Shown piece by piece: positions 51,081-64,000 of a DNA stretch of 64,000 bases. A program made the translations under genes and the position numbers. The notes beneath the pieces are model-generated. The model saw only the letters and a list, made by a program, of their open reading frames with translations. It was not told the origin of the DNA and made no database searches. Position 1 is the first letter of the stretch. Each line of letters begins with the position of its first letter. The stretch is from Antechinus flavipes (Eukaryota). The DNA lies in assembly GCF_016432865.1 (NCBI RefSeq), contig NC_067399.1, positions 120,404,001 to 120,468,000 of the forward strand, written 5' to 3'.

Positions 51081-51115
<35 letters not shown>
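51081..51115. repeat. (AT)n(AC)n microsatellite
   Basis: Direct reading. Confidence 0.95.
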
Positions 51116-52608
51116 TAGAGTCCCATAACACAAGAGTTAGAAGGGATCTTACATAGCTGTCTAAGATAGCCCTACCCATATCTGAACTAAAATCCCCTCT
51201 ACAATGTGGCCCCTAAATGGATAAAACTATGCTATCTATAAGATGGAGGGAATAATAGCACCTCCCTCCCAGGACTTAAATGAGATAATATAGTACTTAA
51301 CATATGATAAGTGCTTTGGAAATTTCACTATCATTATCGTTCTTGCAGACTTCCAGAAAAGTGAAACCCACTATTTACTGAAGCAGGCCATCTATTTCCA
51401 GAGAGGCAGATAGAAAATTCAACAAATATTTTTTAAGCAGTTAGCATGTGAAAAGCCTTGTTGGGGATACCATGATAAATAATATGTAATGGTTGCTTTC
51501 CAGAAAAGGCATTACCAATTAATGTAGTTCAGTTACATAACAAAGTTGCAACAAAAAGTTGCATAACTAAGTTTGAAACTTTTTGAAGGACTTTCATTTT
51601 TACATTAGTTTTTCTGTGATCTTTATTTAGGACATTCCCTAATTTTTTTGTCACAAAATAATTCTAGATTGTTATGTCCTTCGTCCTTTGGCCAAGGAAA
51701 ATGCTCATTTGCCTTCAAAAAAAGGAAAGGAGGCTGTGAAAATCGCACAGGCACAGACCTTTATTAAGCCCAGATCATCTGCCAAGGAAGCTAATAAGCA
51801 CAATCTTTGGGCAAGGGTTTCTTTTAAACACCTTTTCTGGTGCAAATATCAAAGGAAATGGAGCTGTGGATTCTCAGATTTTTAGCAGATTGGGAATGGT
51901 GATTAAAACAAGTCCTGCCTTTTGACAACTCAACTCCCCAGTTTCATTTTTAAATTAGTAAAAGTCTTGTTCTTTTCTAGTAAACACACAGAGAGAAGCT
52001 GTGGCTGGAGGAAGCAGTATGGTATAGGAGGGAAAAGCCCTGGGTTTAGAATTAGAAGATTGATTTCAGCTATTATGTTTAGCCACATGACTCCCTATAT
52101 GACTTTTAAGTCACCTAAAGGCTCCATTTCTTGTCTATAAATAAGGAGGTTGGACTAGAAGACCCTCTAGAATCTCTTCAAGCTTGTTCCTGTGAAAGTC
52201 AAAAATGCAGTGTTAAAGCACCCTGAGAGTCTAGGTTCTGCTCTTCATACTGTGACAAATAACCTGGATGACCTTGGGTGAGTAACAACTTCTTGGTCAT
52301 TTCATATCTGCAGACATGGACAAGTTGCACTAAGAAGTCTTGACCTTTTTTATGTCTTGGGCCCCTTTTGGCAGCCCATGGACTCCTTAGAATAATTTCT
52401 TTTTCTGTTATAGAATAAAATATACAAAATCACCAAGGACATCATTTATGTAGAAATAAAATGATAAAAACATTAAAAAAAACAAACAAACAAGTGTTGG
52501 ATCCTAACATATGGAACTCTTATGATTAGATGGATAAGGTGGTTAAGAAACTCCCATGTTTAGATCATGGATTAAGGCAGAAGTGTGAAACAGTTATGGC
52601 TTAAGTAC

Positions 52609-52772
52609 AGAGGCTCAAACTAGATGAAAATATTATTGGAAATATTTTACAAAATAAAAATTATTAAAATATAGATAATGTTACATCTTAAAACTAAGTT
52701 AATAAACGATTCATCAAGATCTTTATGTAGAGATTAATGGAGCCTGTTTCTATTTGAGGTTGACACCACTGA
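52609..52772. mobile_element. MER45-like hAT MITE (oppositely oriented partial copy near 21467-21600)
   Basis: Ends in ...ctatttgaggttgacaccactg. The 21467 copy starts cagtggtctcaaactc..agaaa. Confidence 0.45.
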
Positions 52773-54009
52773 TGTAAGACATATAATCCCAATAAGTCTT
52801 CCTTTATATGGAGCAGAGGTCATGAGGGACCTCAGAGATCATCTAGTCAGATAGAATCCTAATGAGTTAAGTGCTAAAAATCACACAGGTAATTACCATC
52901 AAAGGCAATATTTGAACCAAGGATTTCTTGACTGCAATGCCAGTGTCCTTTGTATTATATCATTTTGGTTTCGAGATCTCTATGTTTGTCTCGTTTGAAA
53001 CATACACACACTCTGCTTTAAATACTGATTCCTCTAAGTATTTTCATTATCCCCCATGCCTCGAATTTTCTCCCTTCATCTCTATTTCCTGATTCCTTTA
53101 AGTCTCAACTAAAATCCCACTGTCTATCCTTTCTTGATTCTCTGTTATGTAGTCCTTTCCCTCTGTTGGTTATCTCCAATTTATCTTGTACACATCTTAA
53201 TTGTTTACAGTTGTTTGTGTGCTGCTGTCTCTCCAGAAAGCATGGGCGGGCTGACTTTTGCCTTCCTTTACATCCTCAGAACATAGTAGGTGATTAACAA
53301 ATGCTTGTTTGCTGACTTACATTTTAATACGATTATAAACAATATGCCAGGAATATCCTACTGATTTGAGAGAAATCATACCCCTATCTCAGTTCATTCA
53401 GCAAGTATTTTTCCCTTCTGATGTGATTCAACCTAGTCTAGTTGGGAAAATACTCCACACTCAGAATGCAGATAATCATAGGAAACAATATATGATTAGA
53501 TGTGATCACATCAATAAAGGAAGTGCCTAGGCCAGTGAAAATCAAGCTCTGTAAAATGTAGAAAAAAGGATATAGTTAAGTACCAAAACACCTGATCCAG
53601 ACAGTAAGTCTATGGGAGTTCCAAGAAGGGGGAGAGAGATGGATTAATAGTCCTTCCTTCTGGAAGAGGTGAAATTCAAGGATTCATGTAAATATTCTGC
53701 TAGTATCACTATGGTGACGAGATGTCTGCCTACAGAAGTGTTCTATGATCCAGTTGTAAACACTGAAGGACCACTGCAGTAAGACTGGTTTAAATCTAAA
53801 CAGATTGTCCCTTTTGTCCTCTGTTCGTCTCTCCTTCTCTCCTTCCCTTCCCTCCAATACTATTGCTCCTGCTTAGACCACAGGAAGCCTTGTTGGCTCT
53901 TAGGTAAAATAATTATCTGGGCAGGAAAAACCTTACATAGCTTCTTGATGTTTTCTGCTTTTCTCTTTCTTTTTCTCTCTTTATCTTTGGCCACTACTCA
54001 ACCTTCCAG

Positions 54010-54105
54010 CTGAAAAAACGAAAGATGTGCTTGGTCTGGATGCTAGCCCTCCTCTTCTGAATGTGTCTGATCCTTTCATCCCTCTCCCAGTACCTGATGC
54101 ACCAG
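54010..54105 (+). CDS. AAK1: AAK1 exon 17-equivalent: EKTKDVLGLDASPPLLNVSDPFIPLPVPDAP(E)
   Basis: Long pyrimidine tract, ttccAG|CT acceptor, CAG|GTAAAG donor, 96 nt, DPF motif. Confidence 0.95.
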
Positions 54106-55955
54106 GTAAAGGAAACTGTGACAGGACATCGGGGTGAAATGGGCATAAATACCCATTTCCACATTGTTTTCCAAAAGCTTAATTTTTAAGGTCTCAAGAA
54201 GAGAATTTGGATTTGTGAAAGGGCTGGGGAGAAAGAGAAAAAGGATGAAAGCCAATGTGAGACTGTACTGCTTCCAGAACATTGCTTCAAGGGTGTGTAA
54301 GAAATGACTTTGTGGCATCTGCAGAGGAATAAGGTCACACTAAATTAATGACATACCTCACGTATGCACATTCACTCATTGCCTTACCCAACCCTATCCC
54401 CCCCACCAATTTTGAAAACAATACCAAACGGGACAGAAGAAAATACTGACTTCTGGAAATCGGAGACTTTGGCTTTAGACTCATCTCAGCCTCTCAGCTA
54501 GCTGTGTAATTCTTGGATAATTCACTAAACTCCTTTGGGCTTCAAAAAAATGCAGAATTCCAATATTGAAAGGAAAGGTTTTCCAAACCACACATGCAAA
54601 TTAATTTCTTCTGCAACATACCTCACAAGTAGTCCTCTAACCTAAGTTTGAAAACCCCCCAGGAAAAAGAACTCACTACTTCTCAAGGTAGCCCATTCCA
54701 TTTAGAAACGGTTCCTCAAAGGCAGAAACAGTTCCTCATTTTTGTCTTCATATCCTGGAGTGCCTAGCACAGTGATGGGCACATCAAGTCTCAGTTTGCC
54801 TTTTGGTGTCTTTCAGCCCTTGCTCTTAATTATCTGTTCTGGGGTCAAGCAGCTTCTTCATTTTCTTCAACTAGGAAACAAAAGGGCTATGTTATAAATG
54901 CTGTATGTCCACAATCAGGTATTGGTCTGTAGGGACAGGATAACAAGGCTGATATTGTGTCTCTGACCTGCCTGTTCTACTCTTTCTAATGTGTGCAGTA
55001 CCCCCTTCCTGTCAGCTCACATGTTTGCTGACATGTTGGACTACAAGACAAACCTTCCTCTCAAGTCTAAGAGGAATGACTGAACCATAAATATACTTGG
55101 CTGCTAAGTGGCCTTACAGAAACTGCTTTCCCCCCTCACTCTCAAGATCATCTATTAATTTATAGAAGTGTTGCAGGTGGTTCTATTGGAGAGGACCCCC
55201 TACATGAACTATATCATAGATATTTTAATTATTGAAGTGTTATTATTTGTGAGTGCTGCACATTATTTGTCTCAGTCCCTAACTTGGAAACTAAGAGACG
55301 ATCTCTGCGTTTGGAAGGATTTTGGCTGAAACCCAACATTTCCATTTGCAAGCAGGCTGTCTACAATGTCTCAAAAGACAGTTTTATTGGAAAGAAAGAA
55401 AAATGAACTATTCTGCCTATTCTGCAACAAATAAATTATAGGCCTAGTGTGGGGGACCCTTTCACATAGGGCCTTCCCTGCACTGCTTTCAGAATTATCC
55501 TCCTGAGACTTGTTAAATAAATTCCCAGTCATGTAGCACCTGAAGGATTAGAGAACTTTCTTCAAAGCAAGCCTGTGAGATTGATAATGCAAATATTACT
55601 TCTCCTACTTTACAGACAAGGAAACCAAGTCCCAGGAGTTTAAGTGACAAGAACAAGACTTAGAACTTGGAGGGTCCTTAAAGATTATTTCATTCCCTTG
55701 ATTTTATAGAGTAGAAGAAAGAGAGGAGCAGGGTCAGAAAAGGGAAATGATTTGCCCAAAGTTATACAAAACAAGGTTGGGATTAAAATCCTCCGACTCT
55801 TAATTTGTCTTTCTACTAGAGTCACATAGCTTAGAAGCATCAGAACTTCGATTCACACTTGAAACTCCTGATTCAGCACTCTCTCTACTATATTGCATAA
55901 CTTGGACTTCTCTTGACCAGTGTCTTCTTTAGGCTAACACAGTTGAATTCAGAGA

Positions 55956-56190
55956 TTCTCTTTCTTCCCCTGTTCATCCCAGTCTTTCCCTCTCTCCCTT
56001 CCCCCCTCTGGCTCTTCTATCTCCTTACATTATTCTCTCTTTTATTCCCTCATCACCATTCCTGCCTTCCTTCTCTTTACTTCCCCCATATTCTCTCTGT
56101 CTCTGTCTGCCTCTTCCTATCTTTCTTCCCCCCCACCATCTTCTCCCCTCTTCTTCTCCCTCTCTTTCCTTCCATCTCTCTCCTTTCTGC
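55956..56190. repeat. CT-rich low-complexity (polypyrimidine) tract
   Basis: About 235 nt, predominantly C/T on the + strand. Confidence 0.9.
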
Positions 56191-56496
56191 CATTACGTAA
56201 AACTTGAGTTGTTAGAACTCTCCTTTATGGAGCTCATAACTTAAATAATGAAGTACAAGTACAAGGGACTTCTCCCTGTCAAGCCATATCCCTTTGCCAT
56301 AAACCCATATGAGAATGTGATTATTCCCCTAAAGTGACACAGACTCTGTCCACTAGAGCTCCCCTTTCTACTCCCTCTTGCAATACAATAGCTCCATGTT
56401 CAGTTAAGGTGACTCAAGCATTTAGTGGATAGAGTATTGGATCTGCAATCTGTGAGATAGGAGTTTGAATTCTGTTTCCAATACTATTAACTGTGT

Positions 56497-56665
56497 AGGA
56501 GCAGCTAGATAGTATGGTGGATAGAGTACCAGTCCTGGAATCAGGAGGATCTGAATTCAAATGTGGACTCAGACATTTACCACTTAACTAGTTATAATCC
56601 TGGGCAAGTCACTTAACCTCGGTTGCCTCACCAAAAATAAAAATAAAAAAATACAATTAAAAACA
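56497..56665 (+). mobile_element. WSINE1-type SINE with a degenerate 17-bp TSD
   Basis: aatactattaactgtgt (56480-56496) / aatactattagctttgt (56666-56682). A-rich tail. Confidence 0.82.
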
Positions 56666-58870
56666 AATACTATTAGCTTTGTGATCCCAAGTAAGTTGAT
56701 CCTCCTGGCCTCCTTTATCTTTAAATTGGGTATAGTAATAGCATCATCTCACAGAATTGTTGTGAGAATCAAATGAGATAAATGAAGAAAAGTGCTTTTT
56801 AAACTTTAAAGCACTATATAAACATCAACTATTATTGTATATGAAAGCATCATAACCTTGATACACGTTAGAGATTTCTCCAAGCTATACTGCTTACTCT
56901 ATATGATCTTTTTCAAACCATATATCTTTCCCCAATGTTCAGTTTCCCACAGGAACTTTGGGACTTTGGACTGAATGATTTCTAAAGTTCCTGCAAATAA
57001 GCCAAATTTCTCTGGATGATAATCTTTACTCTGAAAACTTGTAGTCTCAAGAGGCCTAGTATCAAATCCTGGCCATACCAGGCCATGTGACTGAGCAAGA
57101 TGATGATGATGATGATAACAACAATAGTAATACTGACTTCTCCTTTGGCAACCTAGTAGCCCACCATTTTCAGTCACTCACCATATTAGAGCTGGACCTA
57201 ATACATTTATACTTGATAAGTCAATCTACTGTAGGTTAGAATTCCTCAAGCAATCCACCAACTTCAGCCTCCTCCATTAACAGCATCACTAGCATGTACC
57301 ACCATGCCCAGTCTCCTTAAAGGTTTCTAGATTAATTTGCTCACAACCTTGTGAGTAACTAATATAAATATTCTTCTCCATTTTTATGGATGAAAAACCA
57401 ATAGCAGATTGAAGTGACATGGCTTGTCCACAATCATACAGAGGGGATTTGAACACAGGTCTCCTAACCTCAGATACTCTTGCCATACCCTCTAGACCAT
57501 TTTGGAAAGAAAAATATTTTGTAAACTTTGCTTCTGATGATGCTGTTTCTACATTCACAAATTGACTGAGGTGTCATAGTCTTGTAAAAGATAATAAGTC
57601 ACATTTCAAGGTTTACAAAAGGTTTTCATTAGGACAGCAACCCTGTGAGGTAGCAAATACAAAGATTTCCCCTCTACCCACCTTCATTTTACTGACTTAA
57701 CAACTTTAAGCAGTTTTGTTCATGATCATCCAGCTAGCATATGCTTAGTGCAGTATATGAATCAAGGTCTTTTGACTCCCAAATCCAGCATCCTGTTCAA
57801 AGCTATATTTCCTATTTCTGTTCTTATCACTCTAGCACAAGAATAGCACAAATAATTAAGCACCTGATATAAAATACTTCACAACTATAAACACTTGCAT
57901 AGGTGTCAATGATGTTTTAATTGTATCTTAATTAAATTTTGCAAAATGCTGAGTTTGGAGGTTATGGGGAAAAAATATTGCTGTGCCAATATTGCCTTTG
58001 TAGTTAGGTTGAAAATGAAGTATTTCTGATGGACATTTGGAAAGTTTTAAAATTATGGAATCCAAGAACTGGGTGTGACTAGTTCGATCAATCTCTTATC
58101 ATGACACAGACATCCTCTCTATAGCAGCCCTGATAATGAGTACTGATCCTTCTTCTGCTTCCATGTTCCCTAATAAGGAATAGTCTGCTCCACTGTTGAA
58201 TCTTTCTGATTGTTTAGGGAGTTCTTTCTATAATGAGCCAAAATTTGCCACCTTTAAATGATTGGCCCAAATTCTGTCTTTTGGAACAACACAGAATAAG
58301 TATATTCCTTCTTCCACATGACGGGCAACCTAAAAGAAAAGCTTTTCTGTAGCTAACATTTAGCATCTACTTGATGCTAGGTACTGTGATAAAGTGCTGC
58401 GGTGATGATGATAATGATAATAATAATTATATAATTAATAACTGATGCATTAGTTATATTACCTCCCTCAGCCAAGTCTTTTGTTCTCCAGACTAAATGA
58501 TCTTTTCCACTATGATTTGTTCTCCATTCAAGATCTTTGTTACCTCTCACTTTTCAGTGTTTCTTTCCCCTGAATTTTTTTGCCTTCTAAAATATAGCTT
58601 CTCAGCTCTTTAGAATATTCACATAACTTGATCCTAGTTCTCAAAACCAGAGAAACATGTGGCTTTTATTTTCTCTTTTTCAAACTGTACTTTTTTGATT
58701 CACTGATTTCTGCTCGTGGTTACTCTGTTATTAGTGATGTTCCCATGTGCTAGGATTCCCCCTCAGTTTGAAGAAACCTTGATGTATCTTTTAAAGTTGA
58801 GAAATGACAAGTTTTACTTTTGTTGTTTCATTGATTTTTCTCCTTTCTCCTTCCTTTCTCTCTAACCCAG

Positions 58871-58972
58871 AAAAGCTTATCGAGGGGCTCAAATCTCCCA
58901 GTACTTCACTTCTCCTTCCTGATCTCTTACCTCTGGCAGATCCCTTTGGTAGCACTTCAGATGCTGTGAATG
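58871..58972 (+). CDS. AAK1: AAK1 exon 18-equivalent: [33 protein letters not shown](G)
   Basis: aacccAG|AA acceptor, ATG|GTAATA donor, 102 nt, DLL and DPF motifs. Confidence 0.96.
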
Positions 58973-59025
58973 GTAATAATAATAATAAATCCTTCCCTTT
59001 CTGTCACTGTTGTGTCACTGTGGGT

Positions 59026-59031
59026 TGCATG
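59026..59031 (+). promoter_or_regulatory. RBFOX-type UGCAUG element 54 nt downstream of the exon-18 donor
   Basis: TGCATG seen directly; function inferred. Confidence 0.45.
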
Positions 59032-59379
59032 CTTTTGTGTTTCAAGAGTTTTATGTAAAAAAATTAGGAAGCTGTTTAGGAAACCCAGTGTTTTATTGAG
59101 CTATGGCAAAATCTAACAAAGCATGGAAGGCCACTGTAGCATATGGAAAGCTGTGTTATCTTAGCAAATCTCTGAACTTCAGTTTCTCTATCCACGAAAT
59201 GAAATTGCTGTACTACAGTCTTTTAAACACACTGTTACAAGCAAAAGCATTGTAAAAATGCTTTTACATGTGAAATATTTTTTAGGTAAGAAATTTTTAA
59301 TGTTATGATTTTAATCAAACACTTATTTAATATTTAATATTTACTCAATGTAAAATTAGTATATCCCCCACCCCCAAAC

Positions 59380-60110
59380 TTTTTCTTCATTGAGATCAAC
59401 ATCCTTCATCTATTCTGAACTTCACATGGCCTGATCACAAGGTCATTTTAATACTGTTTGATCTTCTAGATATTCTTCAACTGATCAATGGTCTTCCTAA
59501 AAATATTACCCATGGATCAAAAATCAGTCATAAACATACATAGAGTGTGGACCAATCTCTGTGCACATCTGTAAACACATGTACTATAAAGTGTGGTCTG
59601 ATCAAGGTATAATCCATTTGGACTATCTGTCACATCCTTCTTTTTGAATACCATACTTTTATTACTGAAGCCTTATTACTTTTTGTTATTACTTTTCTTG
59701 GCTGCTATATGACACTGTTGATTGATGTTATGTTTGCAGTCTATTAAACCTCCATATCCTTTTCAGTGAAACTACTGTCTAGCCATGTTTCCCCTTTAAG
59801 ACTTTATATTTATCCCTGTTACATTTCATCTTATTAGATTCCATCAACATTTTAGCTTAAAAATTTTGTAATCCTCACCTATAAGCCTGGTTCTTATATT
59901 AAGACATAAATATAGTTTGCTCCTAGGTAAAGTAATTTCTCTATATGATAGTACTTAGTCAAGATAGCTAAGTGTTTATGGATTTTCATTATTCTTTCTG
60001 ACTCCTTGACTATATTCCATTTAAATGAAAAGTATTTCATGTTATAGGTAAATGGGGCAAATTGTGTGTGATCATCAGATAGTGCTGTATCACTGTGCAT
60101 ACAGGTCAAG
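59380..60110 (-). mobile_element. CR1/L3 LINE fragments (others near 7330-7640 +, 40200-40370 +, 60690-61300 -)
   Basis: CR1-type motifs (tgtggtctgatcaagg, gcagtctattaaacctcc, atccctgttacatttcatcttattagatt). Very degraded. Confidence 0.55.
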
Positions 60111-62125
60111 GGGACACCTATTTGTTGTCTCATTTTCACCAATTTGTCCTCACCCTGGCAGTTTGGGTTTCCACAGAAGAGACCCCCTACCCCTACAAAC
60201 TCTCAGAGTCCTAGGAATGACCTTGTTGTGGGGGAATATACTCTCTATACTTAATCATTTTAGTTCTTGAGCCTCTACCTATATGTTTTAGGTAAGGCAA
60301 AATGTGTATGTGTATGTATACATATCAGATACTCATATTAATTTAAATTCAGGAATTAGAAACATATTGCAATTCACACATTAACTAGGGTCACACCTAA
60401 CTTTTGGAGACAGTAGTCACAGACTTACAGAAACCTAGCAGGTAAGCACATGAGGAGGAAATCCAATTCTCTGGACGGCAGGCTTTGATAATTTTCCATT
60501 CAGGAGCAGCTATACTGCATGAATTGCATATACTATTCTTTTATTTCATCCCACTCTCCAGCTCAGCAACTCCACTTTTCTCCTATTCTTGAACCAGTAG
60601 AGCATTTATAAGTTTTTTTCAGTTCAAGATTCTTCTTTAAAAAGTTCTGAGAAAGTATGATACTCTTAATTTAGCTAGCAGTTCCCTTTAAGCTAGAAAA
60701 ATACGTAATTCCTTAAACTGGCTCTCTTTGGGCAATACAGATAAGCCCAAACAGCCATTTACTCACCAGGATGCTCCATTGACCAAACATCTCTCAGCAG
60801 ATCAACTACCAACCCTCTCTTTTTCCATGGTGGTAGAAAACTGCATGCACTTTTAGAAGGACTCACCACTCTCAAAATTTAGGTGGCACAGAAGAGCAAT
60901 AGCTCCTGTCCAATGAGCTCTAATTTTTCCTCAGCCTATCTAGAATGTCTTATCTGAAGTCTTCTGTCAGTCAGTTGCTTCAGCTGCCACTTCTCAGAGC
61001 ACCAAGAGAAAGAGCTGACTTTTTCCACTCTCTTCCCTTCCCTATTATTTCTTCAATCTTTGCTTCAGTGTATTTTTTTACCCTCTACTTACTCTTCACT
61101 TCTTTCAGTAGCTTTAAGAAGAGCAAACTGTTATTCAGTAACTCACCTTTGACTTTTGAGGTAAAAACTTATCAATTCCCCATTCTTATATTTAATGATC
61201 TCATAATGTCTAAATAGATTTTTTTTTTCACTATGCAAGTTTTTGACCTCTTAAATCTTGAGTTCCATGCAAATGAGTTTAAAAACTGCTGCATCTAGAG
61301 CTTCAGCAATTCATAATCTCCAAAACTGTGCCTCTGGCAACTGTGTTTTTATACTCAGTTTTTAATAAAAAAATTTTTTTCTTCCTTTTGAATCATCAAA
61401 CAGACATGTTTTGATTCTGAACATGTCATGATTCTGCATCCTTCATAGGATTATTTAAGTCCTTATAATTATGCTACAGTTTATTCTCTGTCCATTTTGC
61501 AACCAATCTACTCATAGCTTAGATGAAAACTCTATTTTTATGCACAAATTATAATTATTTTTATTAAACCAAAATTATTTTCTTATCCCTTTCAGACACT
61601 AAACTACTTAACTATAAAAAGACAATAACTTACATACTTAACTAATAGAATTCTTTTGCCTTTATACAAAAGTAATGTTTCTGGCACTTTCAGCACCAAA
61701 CTATTCCAGATGAAAACTTTAAAGGAGGAATGATACTTTAGAATAATATACCTACCTATTAGAAGATGAATATGTACAATATGCAAAGCACTATTTTAGA
61801 TGCTGTGAGGGAGACAATTATAAAAGACATGAAATTTCAGTGAAGGATATTATGATCTAGTTGGAGAGATTGACATAAAAATTAAATAACAACCAAAGAT
61901 CTGTCATAAGGCAATATACATAAATGAAAACATAAAGTAGTGAAGACCTCAAAAAAGAGTGAAGATTGCTATCAATTCCTACTTCTTTTTAAACTTAAAT
62001 ATTTCCAAATATCCTTAAGCTTTTCTTCCTGTGATATAGTACTTGGCCCCGCTGACTAAAACTTCTGAGCATAGTGATTAACAGTCCTGGTTTCTCATAA
62101 GATTATAGGATTCATACCTGAGAAG

Positions 62126-62235
62126 GACCTTGGAGACCATCTAATCTATCTCCTCATTTTATATATGAGGAAACTGAGATGACCTTGGAGACCGTCTAAT
62201 CTATCTCCTCATTTTATATATGGGGAAACTGAGAT
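62126..62235. repeat. 55-bp tandem duplication within a MIR-like SINE
   Basis: Units 62126-62180 and 62181-62235 differ at 2 positions. Confidence 0.95.
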
Positions 62236-62392
62236 CTAAAGAGGAAAATGAGTTACAATTACACAGCTAATAAATAGCAAAACTGGAATTTGAATTTCAA
62301 TCCTTTGTAATTCCAGTTCTTTTCAGTCTCCCTCTGGCTCCCTATAATGTTTCCCCCTTCCTTGATTTTTTTTTTTAACACTGCTGCCAAAG

Positions 62393-62494
62393 GAAAAGTT
62401 GATGTTGCTGTTGAAAGTCTCATACCAGGACTGGAGCCCCCAATGCCCCAGCGCCTCCCATCTCAGACTGACTCTGTCACTTCCAACAGAACAG
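62393..62494 (+). CDS. AAK1: AAK1 exon 19-equivalent (long isoform): [33 protein letters not shown](D)
   Basis: gccaaAG|GA acceptor, CAG|GTTAGT donor, 102 nt, phase 1 to 1. Confidence 0.95.
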
Positions 62495-63895
62495 GTTAGT
62501 AAAGTTTCTCCTCAAATCAGAGTATTTGGTCATGAAGATAAGATTAGTCAGCTTGGGGGTTTTGTCCTGTCTATAAACCCAAGCTCCTTCTAATGAGGAG
62601 AGCTAGTCTGTCTCCTACCCACATTAAATCGAATTAAGGATGTGATTTTTGTGCAAACTGGTTCCTTTTACTGTCCACAAGATTAGCTGCTATTAATTAT
62701 GCTCTCATTTACAGCTTATGGTTGTTCAGTAACTTGCTTGCTATATGAAGTATAAATTTTGTTTATTGTAGTGATTCTATACCACTGTTTCCCTCAGCTT
62801 TCTTATGAAACTTATAAAACAGCTCTCTTTTTTCCTAGTTAATTAAGTAGCCAAACTATTCTTTTCTCTTCAGACATAGCCTGTTTTAACTTTATTAATT
62901 AGGTTCACAAAAACATGAGTAAGTGAATCAGCATTGTAAAAGGCAATTAACACAAACCGCCTTATAAATGAATGAGTGACTGGCCTAGCAACATTACTTC
63001 AGGTTTTTACAATCTTATAGGAGTTTGGTTATGATGTGGTGATTTTTGTATGGAACACCATTGGTTGGTACAACCTTATGAGGAAAAAAGCAAACCTTTG
63101 TCACTGTGAATATATTAGACCAATTTTATTTGCTCTTAAAGTAGATATAACTAGAAGTATACATCTGAATTGTGTTCCTTAGACACAACTTTAATCACAT
63201 ACATTTTTTTAAAAATTGATTTTGAATGTAATTTTTTTTGGGGGGTGGGGGTGGTGAGGAATTAGAATTTGTTTAAATACTCAATACAATTGTGCCCTTG
63301 ATACAAAGTTGAGAAATCTTGCAGGAAAAGCACTGAATTTGTCACCTAATATAGAGCAATGGAAAATGCCTGATTAAATTAGAAATTTGTTTTGTGGAGA
63401 GGATAGAGACAGAAATTGATCTACATTCAATCTAGGTATAAATGTTGGGTTTGATACTCTAATGTTACGCCTTTTCACAGCCTTTAAAAACGGGCTTGAG
63501 AGAAGCTTTGATGAGCAGCATTCCTGATAAAGGGATGACAATTATGGATGGGTTAGGACTTCAGTTCATGTTCTATAGAAAGTAATAGCCCTGGGAGAAA
63601 AAGTCTTATATATTTATCCACTAATGAATGATAAGGCATTTATTAAACAACTGCTTAAAACTGCACTAAGACTTTTAGGACACTAGGCAAAATTCTTTGT
63701 AGAATTTTAAAGTTTTATATAAATGTTGTTTGCTGTTGTTGTTAAGACCTTGGATTTTGTTGTTGTAGTTGTTGTTGCTGTTGTCAATTGTATCAGTGAG
63801 TGTAAAGCCAGTAACCTAAAGGTTGACAGTCTAATCCCATTCTCCTGTTATATATGCCATTTCATGCTCCCGGCATTCCTTTCTTCTGGACTCAG

Positions 63896-64000
63896 ATTCT
63901 CTCCCTGGGGAAGATTCCCTTCTTGATTCCTCTCTGCTTTCTAACCCAGCTACTGACCTTCTAGATGAGTTCACTCCCATGGCAATTTCTGCTCCAGCTC
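63896..64000 (+). CDS. AAK1: AAK1 exon 20-equivalent, cut by the window edge: [34 protein letters not shown]
   Basis: ggactcAG|AT acceptor, open to the window end, DLL motif. Confidence 0.95.

Overview
AT-rich, CpG-depleted, repeat-dense mammalian DNA. The repeat content (WSINE1/MAR1-type SINEs, RTE, L2, CR1/L3, and L1 with a dasyurid-like 3' UTR) points to an Australian marsupial, probably a dasyurid (inference). The whole window lies inside one + strand gene, AAK1 (AP2-associated kinase 1). It covers the end of the kinase domain, the Q/P/A-rich region and most of the AP2/clathrin-binding tail, equivalent to human coding exons 9-20 (numbering by homology, from my recollection of the human protein). 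Eleven exons splice with GT-AG sites into one uninterrupted frame of 1596 nt. The main anomaly is the exon-13 homologue at 27839-28087. It needs three separate +1 corrections, has an in-frame TGA, and has ATAAGA where the GT donor should be. The flanking exons 12 and 14 join in frame, so it looks like a decayed cassette exon, or less likely a locally mis-assembled one, beside an expanded polyQ in exon 12. Other notable items: tandem splice acceptors, a read-through short-isoform tail with an RBFOX motif after exon 18, a solo LTR with a two-strand poly(A) hairpin, a 7SL retrocopy, TSD-flanked L1 and SINE insertions, and several local duplications and fold-back hairpins. No prokaryotic features or CRISPR arrays were seen. 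No database searches were run, so repeat family names are pattern-based.
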